Source of the DNA: Octopus sinensis
Taxonomy: Eukaryota
NCBI RefSeq assembly: GCF_006345805.1
Contig: NC_043020.1
Coordinates: 11,904,001 to 11,968,000 of the forward strand
DNA length: 64,000 nucleotides
Direction: 5' to 3'
Shown here: positions 39,075 through 51,059 of the stretch, one piece after another
Layout: the number at the start of each line of letters is the position of its first letter
Numbering within the stretch: the first letter of the stretch is position 1
Notes under the pieces: model-generated
Told to the model about the DNA's origin: nothing
The model's database searches: none
The model's input: the letters and a program-made list of their open reading frames with translations, nothing else
Position numbers and translations under genes: made by a program

Positions 39075-39405
39075 AAAAAAAAAAGACTCCGCCGGTTACG
39101 ACGACGAGGGTCCCAGCTGATACGATCAACGGAACAGCCGGCTCGTGAAATTAACGTGCAAATGGCTGAGCATTCCACAGACACGTGTACCCTTAACGTA
39201 GTTCTCGGGGATAATCAGCGTGACACAGAGAGTGACAAGGCTGACCCTTTGAAATACAAGTACAACTCATTTTTGCCAGCTGAGTGGACTGGAGCAACGT
39301 GAAATAAAGTGTCTTGCTCAAGGACACAACGCGTCGCCGGGAATCGAACTCACAACCTTACGATCATGAGCCGAATGCCCTAACCACTAAGCCACGCGCC
39401 CTCAC
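39075..39405 (-). mobile_element. tRNA-derived SINE
   Basis: Head GAGGGCGCGTGGCTTAGTGGTTAGGGCATTCGGC...GTGAGTTCGATTCCCGG with A/B-box-like elements. Confidence 0.8.
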
Positions 39406-39587
39406 GAAAATAGCTTAAATTTATTCAGAATTCTAAACGGTAAACAGAAGTTGTAAGGGAAGAATAGAGTTGCAAAAATAACCTAGAACACTACTATAGA
39501 AAATAGCTTTCGTGTTAATTCAAATAGCATTGAAATGAAACGAGCGATTTTATTAGACAAAACAACAGGTAAATAGTTAATTTCAAT

Positions 39588-40600
39588 GTACGGGATGATA
39601 TCAAAAAGTTCCCGGACAAGTGAGGACGCTGGCAACGGGTAGTGTCAGAGCTATGCCGTCGGGAACTTCGGTTCCTGGTAGGGCCACCCAAGGCGGATTG
39701 GTCTGACACCGAGTGGTATTAGGGTCACAACCCGGCAGACGGGGCTCTGGTGAAAATCCTCGGAGTGTCTGCTTCGGCAACCGGCGGCTCCTCGGTCGTT
39801 CTGTCCATGCTTCTGCGGACAATCTGCGGCAAACAGTCCTCGATAATGGTCCTCGATATGAAGGCTGAGTCATCAGCGGCACTCTAACGGAGATCTCGAT
39901 AGACTTCGACGCGATGTTCTTTCTGCTCAGTGGTCAGCAGTCGGGGGACAAACTTAGCAGAGACACGCCACATGTTCAATTCAGACGTTAGGATTGCCTG
40001 CAAAGGCCCATACGACAGACCAAGAACATCGGCAATGTGTTGATTGTACTCCGACGATCCTCATGCACAACTTAATGAAATTTCCCTACATATCCGAGTA
40101 TGACGCTCGTGTGGAGTCTTCTAGATCGCTCATCGTCTTCCAGGGACGTTCTTCCGCTTTTAAAGTGCCCGTTCCACTCGAAGCATTATGTACAACTGTT
40201 GTGTGGGCACCCCCGGACGATGAAGTAGGCCAGCCCAATACGCAGATGTAGAGGGAGAAGCCTAGACATCAGAGTAGTAGAGAGCAGAGTCGAGCAGAGA
40301 AGAGTTGAGTAGAGGTCATCGGAATGTGCGACATAACAGTGGCGACGAGGATTTCGTAGCTCACACAGCCTCTGTGTAGTACTGCGACATAACAACAACC
40401 CATTGCCTCTTCGCCATAAGCTTGCCAAAGCATGCTCATTATCTCTGTAACAGATTTCCCAAGTTTAAAGCAAAATTTCGTGTTGGCTCTTTGTTCTAAC
40501 TTCATGTCCATGACAAATCGCAGACTACAGCATACACGTGACCACAAAAACACAAATTTCACAACTTGTGACGTAAACACAGCGATGCCGCTCGACACAC
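39588..40600 (-). mobile_element. Deleted/degenerate mariner element
   Basis: MKLEQRANTKFCFKLGKS.., AKFVPRLLTTEQKEHR; TIR-like TACGGGATGATATCAAAAAGTTCCCGG at 39588. Confidence 0.75.
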
Positions 40601-40829
40601 TGTCTCATGATAGTGAAGTAGAATTAGACGTCAAAGAATAGAAAAGGGGTAGATCGAAATATAGGGATTAAAGAGAGGAGTTTTGTTTCCAGGTACGCTC
40701 GCTGAACTGTCTGTCTATCATGTGGCTGCAAGCCGTGAGCCGTGTTCACTTTTAATAGAAGCATCTGAAGATAGACGCCAGCGGCTGTATCTGATAAGGG
40801 AATGGGATATAAATAGTAGCATTCAATTC

Positions 40830-42130
40830 ACAGTGGAATATAACAAAGAACAACTCCCATTTTTAGACATCATGATAAATAAAAGTTAACCATGAAATCA
40901 TAACTGACATTTATTATAAACCAACTGATTCAAAACAATATCTTCTCTTTAACTCACGCCACCCGAAACACGTCAAAATAAACATCCCTTTCAATTTAGC
41001 AAAAAGGATTTGCACAATAGTGTCTGATAGAACAACTCGGGACCTTCGTCTTCAAGACCTCAAAACAATGCTTATTGAAAGACAATATCCACCCTCACTT
41101 ATCGACGAGGGAATTAAACGTGCTAAACAATTAGACACAAAAACACTAAGAACAACAAAACACAACACCACACCTCAACTCAAAACATTACTATTCATAT
41201 CAACACACAACCCCAGAAACAGTGAGGCATTCAACACTATTGTGCAAACTCTTCCTTTACTGACTAGAGATCCAAAAATGAACGACATCCTGAAAACACA
41301 CAAACTTATCAAATGCAAATAACAAGACAAATCGCTAAAGAGACTACTAACAAATGCGAAGCTTTACAAAATAACCACGAAACCAACGGTCGAAAAATGT
41401 GGACGCCCAAACTGTGGAACCTCCCCCAACCTGCTTGAAGGCTCGGATTTGCTTTTCAAAGAAGGACAGAGGTTCACAATTAAAACTAGTTTCACTTGTG
41501 TCTCTGAGAACCTAATTTATGTAATAACCTGCTCGGGTTGCGGACACCATTACATTGGACGAACGAGAATGACCTTGAGAAAGAGAACCACTCTACATAA
41601 AGAGCAAATCCGTTTCCCGCATTACAGACAAATTCCTCTCAGTGAACATAGAGAAAAATGTGCAGATAACATCAAAGCAAATTTCACAGTCTTCCCTTTC
41701 TACTAGTGCAAAGACACAATCTCTCAACTAGGACGTTTAAATTGAGAAACGTTTTTTCCTTGAAAAATACGAAACACGTCTTAATATGCACGCATAACCA
41801 ACTTTTATCTTTTTACATATTTCAATTCACGATTACATCACTGTACATAAATCCCCTCACTAAACAAAGTTTTTGAAACTTGTCTCTGTCTGTAAACATA
41901 TATATTCCCCTCCCAATACCGAAAGTTGAACAGTTATCTCCCTTACCTACAACAGTAACAATAATAACGACAACCAATTACCTCCTTTTATTTATCTACT
42001 TGTGAAGTCATTCACTCGTAAATTCCATCACACACAACATGGACAAAATTTCTTCTTAACAAAAAGTATATAATCAAATAAGTAAAACATATCATGAATA
42101 ACGATAGCGAAACCGGTCGATATATTAAAA
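40830..42130 (+). mobile_element. Penelope-like element fragment (RT thumb plus GIY-YIG endonuclease) with degenerate hammerhead downstream
   Basis: LPFLDIMI, YYKPTDS..YL..NSRHP, NLIYVITCSGCGHHYIGRT; ATATC..ATGA..GAAACCGGTC-GATAT at ~42088-42125. Confidence 0.85.
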
Positions 42131-42233
42131 ATTATATTAAAACTATGTAAGTGTGCGTATTTTCCTTTTTTAATTTCTTATATACATTACAACTCACGAC
42201 GTGGGGATAATCGAAATTCCTCTTTTCTGTTAC

Positions 42234-42370
<137 letters not shown>

Positions 42371-42423
42371 ATATTATATATATATAATTTATATATATAT
42401 ATATTATATTATATATATATATA

Positions 42424-42821
42424 TAGGAGTGGCTGTGTGGTAAGTAGCCTGCTAACCAACCACATGGTTCAGGGTTCAGTCCCACTGCGTGGCAACTTGG
42501 GCAAGTGTCTTCTACTATAGCCCCGGGCCGACCAATGCCTTGTGAGTGGATTTGGTAGACGGAAACTGAAAGAAGCCCGTCGTATATATGTATATATATA
42601 TGTGTGTGTGTGTTTGTGTGTCTGTGTTTGTCCCCCTAGCATTGCTTGACAACCGATGCTGGCGTGTTTATGTCCCCGTCACTTAGCGGTTCGGCAAAAA
42701 AGACCGATAGAATAAATACTGGGCTTACAAAGAATAAGTCCTTGGGTCTAGTTGCTCGACGAAAGGCGGTGCTCCAGCATGGCCGCAGTCAAATGACTGA
42801 AACAAGTAAAAGAGTAAAAGA

Positions 42822-42824
<3 letters not shown>
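42424..42824 (+). mobile_element. tRNA-derived SINE (full length)
   Basis: TAGGAGTGGCTGTGTGG head to GAAACAAGTAAAAGAG tail. Confidence 0.85.
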
Positions 42825-42875
<51 letters not shown>

Positions 42876-43023
42876 TTATATATATATACATATATGTATG
42901 TGTACATATACATATACATATATATATATGTATGTGTATATATATACATATATATGTATGTGTGTGTATATATATATATATATACATATACACATACATA
43001 TATACATATATATATACATAAAT

Positions 43024-43107
<84 letters not shown>

Positions 43108-43136
43108 CTTAGAATAACTTATATTTATATATATAA

Positions 43137-43350
43137 AGGCGGCGAGCTGGCAGAAACGTTAGCACGTCGGCGAAATGCGTAGCTGTATTTCGTCTACCGT
43201 TACGTTCTGGGTTCAAATTCTGCCGAGGTCGACTTTGCCTTTCATCCCTTTCTGGGTCGATAAATTAAGTACCAGTTACGCACTGGGGTCGATGTAATCG
43301 ACTTAATCCGTTTGTCTGTCCTTGTTTGTCTCCTCTGTGTTTAGCCCCTT
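43137..43350 (+). mobile_element. SINE (GGCGGCGAGCTGGCAGAA head)
   Basis: Contains GCCTTTCATCCCTTTCTGGGTCGATAAATTAAGTACCAG body shared with other copies. Confidence 0.8.
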
Positions 43351-43714
43351 GTGGGTAGTAAAGAAATATATATATATATGCATACATACATACAATGGGC
43401 ATTTGCACATTTTCTATGAACCAAACTCACTCACAAAGCATTGGCCATGTTGGAAGTACAGCCGAAGGCGCATGCTCAAGATGCGGCCAAGCTGTATTGA
43501 ACTTCTCGATCACGTGGCTGCGCTTATCATTCATTTTCTGTCTCTTGGGGATTTTTTAAATAAGTCACTAAATTTGTATGTTCGTTTGATGAGACGTGAA
43601 TACTGTTTCTTTGAACTCTGGTACTTTTTTTGTTGATATTTTAATAAATATCTGGTAGCATGTTAAGCAAGTTGAGACGATATAACGCCAAACCAGATTC
43701 ATTAATATTTCTTT

Positions 43715-44007
43715 TGCTCCTTCTCGAGCCATGCCTGGCTCATAAAGGCCGGTTTCCTTGGCGTATAGGTTCCCCACCTGGACGGGACGCCGGTCCGTCG
43801 CAGGTGAGCTCCAAGATGCAAGAGGAAAGAGTGAGAGAAAGTTGTGGCGAAAGAGTTAGCAGAAGCTTTGCCATTACCTTCTGCCGGAGCCGCGTACAGT
43901 TTAGGTGTTTCGCTCATAAACACACACATCACCCGGTCTGAGATTCGAACCCGCGATCCCTCGACTACAAGTCCGCTGCTCTAACCACTAGGCCATGTGC
44001 CTCCACA
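43715..44007 (-). mobile_element. tRNA-derived SINE
   Basis: Sister of 31657-31935. Confidence 0.8.
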
Positions 44008-44160
44008 GATTCATTAATATTGAATTGATTCAGTCAATGCTGCCTTCGAACATGGGTTTTAAACTTAAAGAAAGGAAAAAACATCAAGATACTGGCGGGG
44101 AAGTTCCAGATACTGTGGAGAATTGAACCAAATTCCAGCAACAATGTATTCACGTTCTTC

Positions 44161-44541
44161 CGCGGAAGACGGGACCGAAGCCAGCAGCCCTGAGGACGGC
44201 CGCCAAGTACCGATGGTCGACCCTATCGAAGGCTTTAGACTGATCCAAATTGATCAGCGCCCCACCCATGCCAGGATCCTTAACTACTCTGTCCACAATG
44301 TAGCGCATCAGATGGAGGTTGTCATGTATGGTTCTGCCCGGCACGGCGCATGTTTGCGCCCTGTCGACCAGTTTACCAATGACAAGTGCCAACCTCTCGG
44401 CTATTACTTTGGCCAAAATTTTCAAATCTGCGTTGAGCAGAGTGATAGGCCTGAAATTATCTATAAAATTCCCCTTGTTTGGGTCTTTCTTCAGCAACGT
44501 CACTGCACCTCGGCTCACGAAACCGGGGATTCTCCCGTTCA
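44161..44541 (-). mobile_element. 381-bp internal Tx1 RT fragment flanked by 66-bp direct repeats
   Basis: Matches 9532-9910; identical 66-bp flanks at 44095-44160 and 44542-44607. Confidence 0.9.
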
Positions 44542-44992
44542 GCGGGGAAGTTCCAGATACTGTGGAGAATTGAACCAAATTCCAGCAACAATGTATTCAC
44601 GTTCTTCGTAGTGTGTTTGGTTCGATCCAGCATCAACTGTACTTTCGATTTGATTATTATCAACAACACAGAACATAATATGATTCAGAGTGAGGATCGT
44701 TTTGTCTTAGACTAATAAAGCCAAGGGCAAATTATGCAGGTGTGTCATCTACAACTCGATCGTTTGACGATTTTGAATATTTTGTCATAATTTTACTTAC
44801 GTCACAACAGATTATTCGGCGTCATTTCGAAGACAAACCACGAAAGCATGTCTGCTGCCTGCTTCTAATTTCAAGTAGCGAAGACTACTGATTTAAAATA
44901 AAATCAAGAAATACAGAAATTTTCATGAAACGTTTTCTAGAATACTTAGAAGCATCATTGTACCTTGTTTGGAAATTAAACTTAAAAGAAAC

Positions 44993-47900
44993 ATGGAAAC
45001 AAAATTTACTGAGAAAGCAGGACTTACTGAAGAAGATGTGGATGATTTCTTGTCGAAGAATCCAGAATTCGTTAGATCATGGCTCTCTAGGCGAGGACTG
45101 GGTGACTTGGGGGAAGATTTATACAATCAAAAATTAAAGGAAGAAGCAGTAGATTCCTTTATAGGTTTTGTACAAAACATTTTCATTCATAAGAAACTTT
45201 CCCGAAGATACCAAGCCGAATCTCTTACTACAAATGAAAAGTACAAAGAAATATTGAAAGTTCTTAATTCCGAGATTCATATACACTTTGTCTGTCATAA
45301 AGTTCTTCAGAATTTATGTATCTTACTTCACAGTGAAAGAGCAAATCTTTTTATGGTTCGAGGAGTTGGAAAAGTTCAATATCTAATGTCGACCCTGTTT
45401 GATATTACACCTGACTCTACTCTTGAACAATCACTTCATACTGAAGAAAACGCACTACGCATTCCCTTCGGAAAAGGTATTTCAGGATTTGTAGCTCAAA
45501 ATAGATGTCTATTAAATATTAAGGATGTGTATCAGGATCCTCGTTTCTTAAGTGAAGTCGACGAAAAAATTGGACATCGTACCAAAAGCATTCTATGCAT
45601 GCCAATTCTAGACAATGATGATAGTTTGTTAGCTGTCGCTCAAATAATAAATAAAAGAGATAATCTCTATTTTGATGCTGAAGACCAAATGATCTGCGAG
45701 AGTTTTTTGTCCTTTTGTGCCATTAGTATAAGAAGCAATACTTTCTTGCGAAGATCATTTGAGGAATTCACACAACACAAGTTATTACTAAGACTGAATC
45801 GATGTATACTAAAATATCAAAATTCTCTACCGAAACTAATGTCCGAAATTACCAAACTCGCCATGGAAATGTTACAGTGTGAGAGTATCAGCATTTATTT
45901 GATTGATCCGAAAAAGGATAACCTTTGCCCAACTGATTCTTCCAAAGTTTTTCACTTATTGAAAGGAGCTTCAGATATCTCAGAACAAATTATAACACCT
46001 AAAGTAAAGAAAGCAATTGAACAAAATATTAACAGCGGAAATACTTTCGATTTATTTCTTTCGGGGAACCTTACTGAGTCTGACAGCGTAAATCTCGAAT
46101 ATAAGATTGAGAGTCAGTTGCTTTGTTTAGCTATTAGAGATGCCGGTAAGAATTTTCTTGGTTGGATCGTATACATCAAAGATTCAAGGGATATTTTTAG
46201 TCAAAATGATATCAGCATGATGGAAATATTTGCAATGTTCTGCGGTTTAGCTATCTATAATTGCCGTCTTTATGAAACTGCATCAAATATGCTGGAACAG
46301 CTAGAATTTACAAACAAAGTACTTAGCTACTATATTACTTGTTATCCAGAAATTGTAGATAATTTTTTAAGTATGGAGGTACTATCTTCAGGTTTTTACC
46401 AAATTTATCGATTCGATTTCAATGACTTCATATATTCAGAGGATGACACTGTTTTGTTGGTCGTTCGCATATTTTTAGATGCCAAAACATTGCCCGTTCT
46501 CAACATATCTAAAGAATTATTATATAGGTGGATACTAACTGTTAAAAAGAACTATCGACCTGTCATCTATCATAATTGGCGTCATGCTATCAATGTTACT
46601 CAAATGATGTTTTGTATGTTGACTACTGGCAAATTGCAAAATTATTTCACAGAATTTGAGCAGATTTGCCTATTGGTGGCTGCTTTGTGTCATGATCTTG
46701 ATCATAGAGGATATAATAATGCATTTCAAGTGAAGACGGCATCTCCTCTTGCTACTCTTTACAGTACCTCTGTGTTGGAAAATCATCATATAGATCGAAG
46801 TATCAGGATATTAAAAACTGAAGATACAAATATTTTTAAAAACGTTCCAGCTGAAAAATATCAGAAGGGTCTCAAATTAATCGAGAAAGCAATCATTGCT
46901 ACGGATCTCGTAGTATATTTTGAGAAAAAAAATATTTTCAAACGCAAAATAGAAGTCGAAGACCAAACGTTGTCATCTCAAGAAACCATTGATTTACTTA
47001 TTAGCATGATGATGACTGCGTGTGACCTTTCAGCTATTACTAAGCCATGGGAGGTTCAAAGAAAGACTGCTATTATGGTCGCAGCCGAATTCTTCGAACA
47101 AGGTGACATAGAAACCAAATGTAAATATTTTGTGTTGCCTATGATGGATCGCAGTAAAAGATACGAATTGCCCAAAATGCAAGTTGGTTTTATTGATTTT
47201 GTGTGTACATTACTTTACAAACTTCTTCATCAGGTGCATGAGGAATTAAAACCTCTTTACGATGGGATGCTCGAAAACAGAGCTCATTGGTCTCATATTG
47301 CAAATGGTGAGGAAGAATTTGATGTTGATAGAGAGTTCCAATTAGTTTTACATAACATTTCGCTGGATAGTGCTATGACAGTCGGAGATATAGGAGACAC
47401 GGGTGTTTCGACCCAAACTCTTTTCACATTTAATCAAGAGCAAAAGGTTACTCAGACTGATATTTCAATCCCAATAGATATATGTCAACAAAAAACTACC
47501 AAACCATCTTTGAACAATGTTGAGACAAAAACAGCGGATAGTCAAACTGAACCTCGACTTCTGAAAGTGTCTTCGGCAATAACTCAAACAGAAAGGCCTT
47601 CTTTGAGAGAATCAGAGCACTTACCGATTACAATGCCACACGAACAACCAGTGATATCTTTAGAAACACTAGAAGAATCTAACATTGGACAAGATAAGTT
47701 ATCTTTACGGAGAAAAGCTTACAGTAATCATGCACAACCAACTCAGCCTTTGCCTCCAATCAACCGGCAAAGACGAACTAGTTGGATCGATGAAGTTGCT
47801 GAGAACAAACGTAGCGAATTATCACAAAGCCGACGAGGAAGTCAGGCTCTGAATGCCTTACCTGATGAAACCACCCAACCATTCAAAAGAATAAGTCGTG

Positions 47901-48463
47901 TTTTTCAACCACCAGTACGGCAAAAACTATCATCTTCAGAACCCGAATATAACAAAAGCATCAAAAGCATGACATCAGACGAAACCATCTCGGAAATTAG
48001 TTCTCAATATACTGTAAGGGGAAGTTTTTCAAAAGCATCGTTTGACAGAAAAACACAGGAAAACACAGAATCTGACAGAAACACACAGGAAAACCCAGAA
48101 TCTGACAGAAAAACACAGAAAAACACAGAATCTGACAGAAAAACACAGGGAAACACAGAATCTGACAGAAAAACACAGGGAAACAGAGAATCTTACAGAA
48201 AAACACAGGAAAACACAGAATCTGACAGAAAAACACAGGGAAACACAGAATCTTACAGAATCCCAGAGAATCTCTCAGAAAAACCTAAGAGCACGGAAGG
48301 AAATGAAAACACTGAAGGTTTTAAACCGCAAGCAGACTTGAAGTTAAAAAATCCAAATTTGAACAACGATAATCGACAACGGAAATGCGCGAAAATCACT
48401 GCGAAACCAAACCCTCCTCAAAGACTAACCGTTTTAAAAAGCAAAATGTGCATGATATTCTAG
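44993..48463 (+). CDS. Intronless GAF-GAF phosphodiesterase type B copy 2 (1156 aa, intact ORF)
   Basis: ATG at 44993 (track start 44969 is TTG); GLTEEDVDDFLSKNPEF, LFDI, DPRF, YHNWRH, HDLDH, TACD, LPKMQVGFIDFVC; ends KSKMCMIF. Confidence 0.96.
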   Translation: METKFTEKAGLTEEDVDDFLSKNPEFVRSWLSRRGLGDLGEDLYNQKLKEEAVDSFIGFVQNIFIHKKLSRRYQAESLTTNEKYKEILKVLNSEIHIHFVCHKVLQNLCILLHSERANLFMVRGVGKVQYLMSTLFDITPDSTLEQSLHTEENALRIPFGKGISGFVAQNRCLLNIKDVYQDPRFLSEVDEKIGHRTKSILCMPILDNDDSLLAVAQIINKRDNLYFDAEDQMICESFLSFCAISIRSNTFLRRSFEEFTQHKLLLRLNRCILKYQNSLPKLMSEITKLAMEMLQCESISIYLIDPKKDNLCPTDSSKVFHLLKGASDISEQIITPKVKKAIEQNINSGNTFDLFLSGNLTESDSVNLEYKIESQLLCLAIRDAGKNFLGWIVYIKDSRDIFSQNDISMMEIFAMFCGLAIYNCRLYETASNMLEQLEFTNKVLSYYITCYPEIVDNFLSMEVLSSGFYQIYRFDFNDFIYSEDDTVLLVVRIFLDAKTLPVLNISKELLYRWILTVKKNYRPVIYHNWRHAINVTQMMFCMLTTGKLQNYFTEFEQICLLVAALCHDLDHRGYNNAFQVKTASPLATLYSTSVLENHHIDRSIRILKTEDTNIFKNVPAEKYQKGLKLIEKAIIATDLVVYFEKKNIFKRKIEVEDQTLSSQETIDLLISMMMTACDLSAITKPWEVQRKTAIMVAAEFFEQGDIETKCKYFVLPMMDRSKRYELPKMQVGFIDFVCTLLYKLLHQVHEELKPLYDGMLENRAHWSHIANGEEEFDVDREFQLVLHNISLDSAMTVGDIGDTGVSTQTLFTFNQEQKVTQTDISIPIDICQQKTTKPSLNNVETKTADSQTEPRLLKVSSAITQTERPSLRESEHLPITMPHEQPVISLETLEESNIGQDKLSLRRKAYSNHAQPTQPLPPINRQRRTSWIDEVAENKRSELSQSRRGSQALNALPDETTQPFKRISRVFQPPVRQKLSSSEPEYNKSIKSMTSDETISEISSQYTVRGSFSKASFDRKTQENTESDRNTQENPESDRKTQKNTESDRKTQGNTESDRKTQGNRESYRKTQENTESDRKTQGNTESYRIPENLSEKPKSTEGNENTEGFKPQADLKLKNPNLNNDNRQRKCAKITAKPNPPQRLTVLKSKMCMIF
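48044..48253 (+). repeat. Coding 30-bp tandem repeat, 7 units, in B2 tail
   Basis: DRKTQENTES-like x7 versus x5 in B1. Confidence 0.92.
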
Positions 48464-48982
48464 TTTCCCAGCAAAAGAGAGAACAATTACTTTACTTACT
48501 CAAAGAAAGATAAAGAATATAAATCAAAGGATTATGTAAGCCTTTCACGAAATTATTCAGTTATTTAGTATTTCAAGAACACGATAGAAAAATAGATTGA
48601 CTATTTATTTGCTTGTTACGATGTCAGCTTCAAACGTAAGAACCTATATAAACAAAAACGATGCGAACATATGTATTTCATATACTATATTATAATAAAA
48701 TATAATATATATAAGTGTGTATGTCTCCCTTCATTGTGAATATATGTGTGAGTGTATATGTTTATACAGAATTATATGTACATGCATACACACATCTATA
48801 TATGAGTGTGTGTATGTATGTATGTATGTATGTATGTATGTATGTATGTATGTATGTATGTATGTATGTATGTATGTTTTGTTTTGTTTTTGTTTTTCCA
48901 GTTTCAGCTCTTGAGCTGTGGCCATGCTGGGGCACCGCCATTATGTATTTATGTATGTATTTATGTATGTATGTATGTATAC

Positions 48983-49101
<119 letters not shown>

Positions 49102-49272
49102 GTGTGTATATACATATACATGTATATATATATTATATATATTATATAGATATATAGGTAGATAGAAATATAGAAAGAGATTTTTCTATGAGTTATGTGT
49201 ATAGACAACGTGTGTACCGTTGGCGATTTTTTTCCCTCCGTCTTCCCTTCTCTGGATCTTTCCTTTTCCTAA

Positions 49273-49308
49273 GTTTCTGACGAAGAGCTCCGCTCGAAAC
49301 GTTTAAAC
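49273..49308 (+). ncRNA. Minimal hammerhead-like motif
   Basis: GTTT-CTGACGA-aGAGC tcc GCTC-GAAACGTT-tAAAC. Confidence 0.4.
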
Positions 49309-49406
49309 CTCCTTCTTCCCTTCCTTCCTGAGCGTCCAATAATACTATATGTGTTCCACGTCCTCGCGTTGTTGTGTTTTCTCTTTGTGCTTTCATGTTT
49401 GGATTA

Positions 49407-49497
<91 letters not shown>

Positions 49498-49509
49498 CAT
49501 ATATTGTGA

Positions 49510-49968
49510 CCCCCTCCGAGGCACATGTCTGGGCAAGGTTGTTTATGGAAGGCCAGCACCGCCCATGCATACTGGACTCCCCTCTCCACGACACCAGTGT
49601 TATCGAAGAGAAAGGCAAAGGCCGATACACCTTGGCACCATTGACGTCGTAGCTCATTTAATTACGTGCAAGTGGCTGAGCACTCCACAGACACGTGTAC
49701 TCTTAACGTAGTTCACGGGGAGATTCAGCGTGACACAGAGTGTGACAAGGTTGGCCCTTTGAAATGCAAGTACAAGAGAAATAGGAAGAAAGAGTGAGAG
49801 AAAGTTGTGGTGAAAGAGTACAGCAAAGTTTACCACCACCCCCTGCCGGAGCATCGTGAAGCTTTAGGTGTTTTCGCTCAATAAACACTCACAATACCCG
49901 GTCTGGGAATCGAAAACACGATTCTACGACCGCGAGTCCGCTACCCTAACCACTGGGCCATTGCGCCT

Positions 49969-50044
<76 letters not shown>

Positions 50045-50348
50045 GTCACCGTGACTGACCAGGTTATTAGATGTTGTTACACATCGCTGGTCACAATGCG
50101 CTTCGCATTGTTTTAGCCTTCAAATGACGCCACCCGGCTGGCTAAGCGAGCAGGCCAACAGAAGAAAGAGTGAGAGAAAGTTGTGGCGTAAGAGTACAAC
50201 AGGGTTCGCCACCACCCCCTGCCGGAGCCTCGTAGAGCTTTAGGTGTTTTCGCTCAATAAACACACACAACGCCCGGTCTGGGAATCGAAACCGCGATCC
50301 TCCGACCGCGAGTCCGCTGCCCTAACCACTGGGCCATTGCGCCTCCAC
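49510..50348 (-). mobile_element. Two tRNA-derived SINEs (~49510-49970 and ~50045-50348)
   Basis: Heads GAGGCGCAATGGCCCAGTGGTTAGGG..; same family as 19611-19917. Confidence 0.8.
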
Positions 50349-50800
50349 TGTTGTTGCTGTTGTTGCTGTCTTCTTCTTCTTCTTCTTCTTCTTCTTCTTC
50401 TTCTTCTTCTTCTAATTCGGACTCACGCCATTAGCCACTAAGAATAATCTCTAATTCGAACCACAGTGTGTATATAATTTCTCCCTCTCCACTGCTTCGT
50501 TATATTATATATCCAATGCTAGGATATAAAAGTTTTACAGTCCTATATTTAAGAGATGGGGAATTAAGTTCATTATTTACATTATTTACATTTAACGGAT
50601 ATTTGTCCTCATCTTGTTTGTTGTTAACACAGCATTTCGGCTGATATACCCTCCAGCCTTCTTCAGGTGTTTGGGGAAATTTCGAACTTGGGTTCTCATT
50701 CCTAAGGTATTTTACGATGTTATTATTATTATTATTATTATTATATTATTATTATTATTATTATTATTATATTATTATTATTATATTATTAATAATATTA

Positions 50801-50842
<42 letters not shown>

Positions 50843-50855
50843 TATTATTATTATT

Positions 50856-50901
<46 letters not shown>

Positions 50902-50923
50902 TAATAATAATAATAACAATAAC

Positions 50924-50977
<54 letters not shown>

Positions 50978-51059
50978 GTTATTATTATTGTTAAGTTTCA
51001 GGTCAGCGCGCTCTTAACCACTACGCCATATGACATCGGGCATATGGCGTTTGTGGTTT

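Noticed and set aside
39320-39405. tRNA genes at SINE heads (also 19850-19917, 42424-42500, 50270-50348, 63560-63640)
   Set aside because: A/B boxes are present but there is no complete cloverleaf, and each runs into a conserved SINE body found in multiple copies.
44969-44992. Track start sites at 44969, 9104 and 25335
   Set aside because: These are TTG codons; in a eukaryote the ATGs at 44993, 9080 and 25534 fit the conserved N-terminal motif better.
50720-50990. (ATT)n/(AAT)n strand switches as a designed palindrome
   Set aside because: Compound microsatellites of this kind are common in this repeat landscape and there is no unique sequence in the arms.
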